From positions 736,001 through 800,000 of the forward strand of contig CAWHBU010000002.1 of NCBI GenBank assembly GCA_963827685.1: a DNA stretch of 64,000 bases. Direction: 5' to 3'. The DNA is from an uncultured delta proteobacterium. Its GTDB lineage: Bacteria > Desulfobacterota > BSN033 > UBA1163. The notes beneath the pieces are model-generated. The model was not told the DNA's origin. It did no database searches and saw only the letters and a list, made by a program, of their open reading frames with translations. A program made the position numbers and the translations under genes. This document shows, one piece after another, positions 58,699 through 64,000 of this stretch; position 1 is the stretch's first letter, and each line of letters begins with the position of its first letter.

Positions 58699-60612
58699 TC
58701 AAAGTGAGGGATGGTAACGATTTACCCACAGTTCCCACACGAGAAGGGTCCATAATTGTTTTCTATTATCTCTCTTGTTGAGAAGGTGATCTTGCAAAAG
58801 TTTGGTAACATATTCAGGGTTGAGAAATCCTTCTCTCCGTACGCGATCGAATGCAAGTAAATCTCTGAACAATGCATTCAAAGGCCCCTTTACCCATTTG
58901 GCAATTGGGACGCCGAAACCCTTCTTCGGCCTGTTTATCACTTTGTCTGGAAGCCAATTTTCCATCGCCTTTTTGAGAATGTATTTTGAAGTAAATCCAT
59001 TTAACTTCCATTCCGAAGGAAGTCCCATTACAAATTCTACCAGCTCATGGTCAAGAAAGGGAGCCCTGACTTCAAGCGAACACGCCATACTTGCTCGGTC
59101 CACTTTAGCCAGAATGGATTCTTGAAGATAGAGCTTCAGGTCGAGATATTGAAGTTTTGTTATTGCATCGTCATAAGAAAATTCTCCTTCATAGAAAGAA
59201 ATTTCTTCAAACAATTGATCTCGACGGAGCTGTGTATGGATATCGGGTGATAATACTTTCTCGATTTCTAAAAATGGAAAAGACCCCAGCCAAACCGAAT
59301 TTCTTATGCCATCCGGATAACCTATCCCAGAAAGGAATTTCTTCACTTTGAAATCGAAACTGATATTATCATCGGAGACAGGAAGTAAATTTGCTAAACG
59401 GCTAATCATGGGATGGAAGGCTCCTAAAAAGCGCTCATAATGTCTGGCAAATTTGTGGGCTACATAGGTTGGATACCCTGCGAATAGCTCATCCCCACCA
59501 TCTCCGCCCAGAGCAACGGTTACGTGGTTACGAGTGAATTTGGAAAGGAGATAGGTTGGTAAAATGGAGGCATCTGCCATAGGTTCATCTAAAATATCAG
59601 CGAGATTGGGAACGAGATCCAGTAAATCTTGGGGTGTCATAATCTGCTCATGGTGTTCCGTACCGATATATTTAGATGCCAAAGAAGCATATTTTGATTC
59701 ATCGAAGGAAGGATCTTCAAAACCGATTGAAAAAGTTTTTATCTTCCCCGGCACCTCTTTTTGGGCCAAGGCTGTGATTGTACTGGAATCAATTCCTCCG
59801 CTCAGAAAAACACCCAGTGGAACGTCGCTAATGAGCCGACGCTTGACAGACTCTTTGAGAAGTTCCATCATCCTTAATTCTGCTTCAGCTTCCGAAAGAT
59901 TTTCTTTACACTTCTGAGAATCAAAAGGGGACCAGTATTGCTTAATCTCTATCTTTTTCTTATCCCAGATGAGATAGGAGGCAGCCGGAAGTTTTCGGGC
60001 ATCCTTGAAAACAGTATGAGGACAGGGAATGAACTCAAAAAATAGATATTTCATCAAGGAAGAGGGATCGACCCTTCTCGGAAAGGCAGGATAAAGCATA
60101 ATCGCCTTCAGTTCAGAGGCGAAAAGAAATGTTCCATTTATAGAACTATAGTAAAGCGGTTTCTTACCTAAGCGGTCCCTTGCCAATACCAGCCGATTTC
60201 CTTTTTCATCCCAGATCGCAATAGCAAACATCCCGCTAAGATACCGGAAGCAATCTTCCTTATACTCTTCATAAGCATGAGCGATGACCTCTGTATCTGA
60301 GCAGGTGCGGAACTGATGCCCCCTACTCTCCAATTCCTCCTTTAGTTCTCTAAAATTGTAAATTTCTCCATTAAAGACTACCCACACTGTTTTGTCCTCA
60401 TTGGACAGGGGTTGATGTCCTCCAGAGAGATCAATAATGCTCAGGCGACGATGTCCAAAGAACACAAACGGGCCTTTTTCATCTCGCGGGCGAATATATT
60501 CTCCCTGGTCATCGGGCCCTCGACGGATGAGAACATCCCGCATCTGTTTTAGAATTTCATGTTGTGGAACGTTTGCCGCCTTTGAGGCGAGAAACCCGAC
60601 AATACCGCACAT
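58699..60612 (-). CDS. asnB: Second asparagine synthase-family amidotransferase
   Basis: MCGIVG, RGPDD, GHRRLSIIDL, FLSGGIDSS, GDGGDELFAGY. Confidence 0.92.
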   Translation of the reverse strand: MCGIVGFLASKAANVPQHEILKQMRDVLIRRGPDDQGEYIRPRDEKGPFVFFGHRRLSIIDLSGGHQPLSNEDKTVWVVFNGEIYNFRELKEELESRGHQFRTCSDTEVIAHAYEEYKEDCFRYLSGMFAIAIWDEKGNRLVLARDRLGKKPLYYSSINGTFLFASELKAIMLYPAFPRRVDPSSLMKYLFFEFIPCPHTVFKDARKLPAASYLIWDKKKIEIKQYWSPFDSQKCKENLSEAEAELRMMELLKESVKRRLISDVPLGVFLSGGIDSSTITALAQKEVPGKIKTFSIGFEDPSFDESKYASLASKYIGTEHHEQIMTPQDLLDLVPNLADILDEPMADASILPTYLLSKFTRNHVTVALGGDGGDELFAGYPTYVAHKFARHYERFLGAFHPMISRLANLLPVSDDNISFDFKVKKFLSGIGYPDGIRNSVWLGSFPFLEIEKVLSPDIHTQLRRDQLFEEISFYEGEFSYDDAITKLQYLDLKLYLQESILAKVDRASMACSLEVRAPFLDHELVEFVMGLPSEWKLNGFTSKYILKKAMENWLPDKVINRPKKGFGVPIAKWVKGPLNALFRDLLAFDRVRREGFLNPEYVTKLLQDHLLNKRDNRKQLWTLLVWELWVNRYHPSL

Positions 60613-60618
60613 AGAGGT

Positions 60619-61575
60619 TTACGGGATCGTTTCCTTAATTTGATAGGTGGATTTTCCCTGCGATTCATAATAGGTTCGAGTTAGGATTTCAGCCAAAAAG
60701 CCCATGAGAATTGATAAAAATCCTGACAGCAGAAGAAAGACACACAGTAATGGAAGTGGAGTCAAGATGAATGAAGTCCCTCCAAAATATTTTAGATAGA
60801 CAGCGTAGAGCCCAGCCAGAAATGCTCCTAATATCATTAAGAGTCCCATCCCCCCAAAAATGTAAATGGGTTTCTGAGAATAGGATAGGAGGAATTTGAC
60901 TACCATCAGGTCTAAAATGATTTTAAAGATTCTGTTCATCCCATATTTCGATTTCCCAGACCCCCTGGGAAAATGGCGCACTGGAATTTCTGAAACATGG
61001 GCTCCAATCCATTGGGCATAGATCGGGATGAACCGATGCATTTCGCCATAGAGCTTAATGTTCTTCAGAATGTCTCTCTTGTATGCCTTAAGCGTACATC
61101 CGTAATCGTGAAGATGAACACCTCCAATCCATGAGATGATTTTGTTTGCAATCATTGAGGGTAATCGCCGGGTCCAAAAGGGATCTTTGCGATCTTTCCG
61201 CCACCCACTTACCACATCATATCCTTCCTCAATCTTTTGAAGAAGAGGAAGAATATCCTCTGGATCAGTCTGAAGGTCACCATCCATGGGAATGATGATA
61301 TCCCCCTTAGAGCAATCAATTCCAGCACTTAGCGCTGCAGTCTGTCCGAAATTTCGTGCAAAACTAACAATCCTCACATTTGGATTTCTTTCTCTAAGGT
61401 CGAGCAAAATCTCCAATGATCCGTCAGAGCTTCCATCATCGACAAAGATTATTTCGTAAGCCTTCTCCGTTTTTTTTAATGCGGCCTCGAGCTTATCGTA
61501 TAATAGAGAAAGATTTCCTTCTTCATTATAGACAGGGATGAGGACCGAAACGGTTTCTTCTAACTTGCCTTCCAT
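60619..61575 (-). CDS. Glycosyltransferase family 2 (ArnC/GtrB-like)
   Basis: SVLIPVYNE, VDDGSSD, RNFGQTAA, DGDLQ.DP, YGEMHRFIP, two C-terminal TM helices. Confidence 0.92.
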   Translation of the reverse strand: MEGKLEETVSVLIPVYNEEGNLSLLYDKLEAALKKTEKAYEIIFVDDGSSDGSLEILLDLRERNPNVRIVSFARNFGQTAALSAGIDCSKGDIIIPMDGDLQTDPEDILPLLQKIEEGYDVVSGWRKDRKDPFWTRRLPSMIANKIISWIGGVHLHDYGCTLKAYKRDILKNIKLYGEMHRFIPIYAQWIGAHVSEIPVRHFPRGSGKSKYGMNRIFKIILDLMVVKFLLSYSQKPIYIFGGMGLLMILGAFLAGLYAVYLKYFGGTSFILTPLPLLCVFLLLSGFLSILMGFLAEILTRTYYESQGKSTYQIKETIP

Positions 61576-61696
61576 GAAATTATTTCACCTCACTATTTAT
61601 TCATTTCTTTTCATTTGTTGAAAAAGTTGTCTAATTATTATATCCTTGCAATGGAGAAGTCAAGGATTTAATGAAGGATATGTACTCTAACTAAGA

Positions 61697-63760
61697 ATGA
61701 ATACTACGAAATCTGTTTCTATTGAAAAAGTAGTAAAAATTTCCATCGCTGTGATTATGATGACTATTACTATTCTCACGGTATTTGGAGTGGCCTCTTA
61801 TTTCTATTTCACTCATGATCTTCCAAGTATTGACACTCTAAAAAATTATAAACCTTCGACCATTACAAAAATATTTTCCGAGGATGGAGAGGTCATCGGT
61901 GAGTTTTTCTATGAAAAAAGAGAGGTGGTCTCCCAGGATAAGATTCCAAGCTATTTAATTCAAGCCTTTGTCGCAGGAGAGGATGCAAGATTCTTTCAAC
62001 ACAAAGGCTTAGATTACCTGGCTATCCTTAGGGCCCTTTTTAGAAATATTTTCTCTGGAGAGATTGTTCAAGGAGGAAGCACGATTACCCAACAAGTGGT
62101 GAAATCACTTTTGCTCTCTCCTGAAAAGAGCTTCGCGAGAAAGATCCGAGAGGCCATATTAGCTTATAGAATCGAAAAAAATCTCACCAAGGAGGAAATT
62201 CTCTTTCTATATCTAAACCAAATCTACTTAGGTCATGGGGCATACGGGGTTGCGGCTGCGGCAGAGAATTATTTTGGGAAGACGGTTGAGGAATTGAATA
62301 TAGCGGAAGCTGCAGTCCTTGCCGGACTTCCTCAAGCACCAAGCAAGAACTCTCCTTATCACCATCCCGAACAGGCCAAAAGGAGACAGGTCTATATTCT
62401 CAATCGCATGGCTGAAGAAGGTTTTATCTCATCGAGTGAGGCTGTGAAGGCTGCTCAAACCCCATATGTCATCCGAGGTAAAGAGAAACCTTCCATCGAA
62501 AAGGCACCTCATTTTGTTGAATACATAAGACGTTATGTCGAAGAAAAATATGGGAAGGATGCTCTTTACAAAGATGGCCTCCAGGTTTTTTCCAGCATTG
62601 ATCTTCATTTTCAGGGAATGGCTCAAGAGGCGGTGGAAACCGGACTAAAGGAGATAGAAAAACGGGAAAGATATCCATCTGCTGACACGGCTTTGACCCC
62701 AGAAGGTGCACTGGTCTGTTTCGATTTAGAGACTGGATATGTCAAGGCGATGGTAGGAGGAAGGGATTTTAGAAAAAGTCAGTTCAACCGAGTGACCCAA
62801 GCCCGGAGACAAACCGGATCAGCCTTTAAACCCATCGTTTATGCCTCTGCCCTCGATAAAGGTTTTACCCCTGCGTCCATTATCGTGGATTCTCCAATCG
62901 TCTTTGAATGGGGAGACAAAAAGTGGAAGCCAAAAAATTTCGAAGGGAAATTTTCTGGGCCAACCACTCTAAGGAATGCTCTGACGCACTCCATCAATAT
63001 CGTAACAGTGAAGATTGCCCAAGAGGTCGGCATTGATTATATCAAAGATTATGCACAAAAGTTGGGGATATCCTCCCCTCTTCATAATAACCTTTCCATG
63101 GCTCTTGGTTCTTCCAGTATCTCCCTTTATGAATTAACGAAAGCCTATGCCGTATTTGCCAATCAAGGGAATGCCTTCAAGCCCATTTTTATAAAAAGGA
63201 TCTTGGATAGAGATGGGAATCTCTTAGAAGAAAACCTCCCTCTTTTCTATTCTGAGGAATCCTTCAAGGAAGAACAAATCCTTACGCCTCAGACGGCCTT
63301 TTTGATTACCTATCTTTTAGAAGGCGTTGTTAAGCACGGGACGGGTTGGAGAGCCAGATCTCTGGGCATGCCTGTAGCTGCCAAGACAGGGACAACTGAT
63401 CAATTTATGGACGCTTGGTTTATTGGCTATACCCCGGAATTGATCACTGGGGTATGGGTGGGTTTTGACGAAGAAAGGTCTCTGGGAGAAAATGAAACAG
63501 GGGCCCGTGCGGCCTCACCCATTTGGGTGGCTTTCATGTCAAAAATATTGAAAGGTAAGCCTATACAAGATTTCCCCGTTCCCGAAGGAATGGAGTTCAT
63601 GAAGGTCGATCCCAAGACAGGTCAGGTCAGTTTAGGAAAGGAAGGCATCCTCGAATGCTTCAGGGAGGGAACAGGCCCTGCACAAAAAGATCCCTCGCCG
63701 TTAAAAACCTCAACAGATTTCTTCAAATTCGATTTTAATCTTTCAACAAAACCACAGTAA
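61697..63760 (+). CDS. mrcA: Class A penicillin-binding protein (PBP1A family)
   Basis: EDARFFQH.G, QGGSTITQQ, RKIRE transglycosylase motifs; SAFK, SIN, KTGTT transpeptidase motifs. Confidence 0.92.
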   Translation: MNTTKSVSIEKVVKISIAVIMMTITILTVFGVASYFYFTHDLPSIDTLKNYKPSTITKIFSEDGEVIGEFFYEKREVVSQDKIPSYLIQAFVAGEDARFFQHKGLDYLAILRALFRNIFSGEIVQGGSTITQQVVKSLLLSPEKSFARKIREAILAYRIEKNLTKEEILFLYLNQIYLGHGAYGVAAAAENYFGKTVEELNIAEAAVLAGLPQAPSKNSPYHHPEQAKRRQVYILNRMAEEGFISSSEAVKAAQTPYVIRGKEKPSIEKAPHFVEYIRRYVEEKYGKDALYKDGLQVFSSIDLHFQGMAQEAVETGLKEIEKRERYPSADTALTPEGALVCFDLETGYVKAMVGGRDFRKSQFNRVTQARRQTGSAFKPIVYASALDKGFTPASIIVDSPIVFEWGDKKWKPKNFEGKFSGPTTLRNALTHSINIVTVKIAQEVGIDYIKDYAQKLGISSPLHNNLSMALGSSSISLYELTKAYAVFANQGNAFKPIFIKRILDRDGNLLEENLPLFYSEESFKEEQILTPQTAFLITYLLEGVVKHGTGWRARSLGMPVAAKTGTTDQFMDAWFIGYTPELITGVWVGFDEERSLGENETGARAASPIWVAFMSKILKGKPIQDFPVPEGMEFMKVDPKTGQVSLGKEGILECFREGTGPAQKDPSPLKTSTDFFKFDFNLSTKPQ

Positions 63761-63840
63761 GATCCTTTTGGCAATGTCAGAAGATATGTGCAAAGCAAGG
63801 GATGAGTTGAGGAATTCTGATTTTTCAGGTTAAAGGGAAT

Positions 63841-63929
63841 TGGTGCCGAAGAGGGGATTTGAACCCCTACGGGAGCAATTTCCCACTAGACCCTGAATCT
63901 AGCGCGTCTACCAATTCCGCCACTTCGGC
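63841..63929 (-). tRNA. tRNA-Leu(CAG)
   Basis: GCCGAAG acceptor stem, GGAATTGGTAGAC D-arm, CTAGA-TTCAGGG-TCTAG anticodon arm, long variable arm, GGTTCAAATCC T-loop, CCA end. Confidence 0.96.
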
Positions 63930-63939
63930 ATATCTGGGA

Positions 63940-63973
63940 AATAGCAAAGCGCATGGAGCATAGCGCATAGCGC
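63940..63973. repeat. Orphan 7-nt repeat tract next to the tRNA
   Basis: AATAG CAAAGCG CATGGAG CATAGCG CATAGCG. Confidence 0.72.
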
Positions 63974-64000
63974 AAAAAAAAGACAGTAGTTCAAGGACCA

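Noticed and set aside
817-63615. Numerous short ORFs overlapping the called genes on other frames or strands
   Set aside because: Shadow ORFs of well-supported genes, with no independent motifs.
63841-63929. tRNA as integration site of a genomic island
   Set aside because: No integrase and no duplicated tRNA 3' end were seen in the window.

Overview
AT-rich bacterial window whose gene content suggests a deltaproteobacterium (Desulfobacterota-like; this is inference). It is dominated by a type IVa pilus region: pilMNOPQ, an MglA/MglB plus two-component/CheW signalling block, two separate minor-pilin sets (one with PilY1), pilR/pilS/pilD and three tandem pilin genes. The pilins sit inside a large surface-glycosylation island (GT2, GT4, four GT-C-type membrane enzymes, four SAM methyltransferases, two AsnB-type amidotransferases, a MurJ-like flippase). 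Housekeeping genes (dnaJ, mobA, rimI, pyrK, pyrD) lie on the left, and PBP1A and tRNA-Leu(CAG) on the right. The most unusual signal is non-coding. Small four-helix-bundle (23S rRNA IVS protein-like) genes sit at operon junctions, and the two complete ones are bracketed by inverted arms built from degenerate 7- or 8-nt tandem repeats. ORF-less repeat tracts of the same style occur at other junctions, and a ~130-bp hairpin element occurs three times. Three apparent single-base deletions (mglB, murJ-like, possibly the pilP start) may be assembly errors. All calls come from reading the sequence and ORF track; no searches were run.
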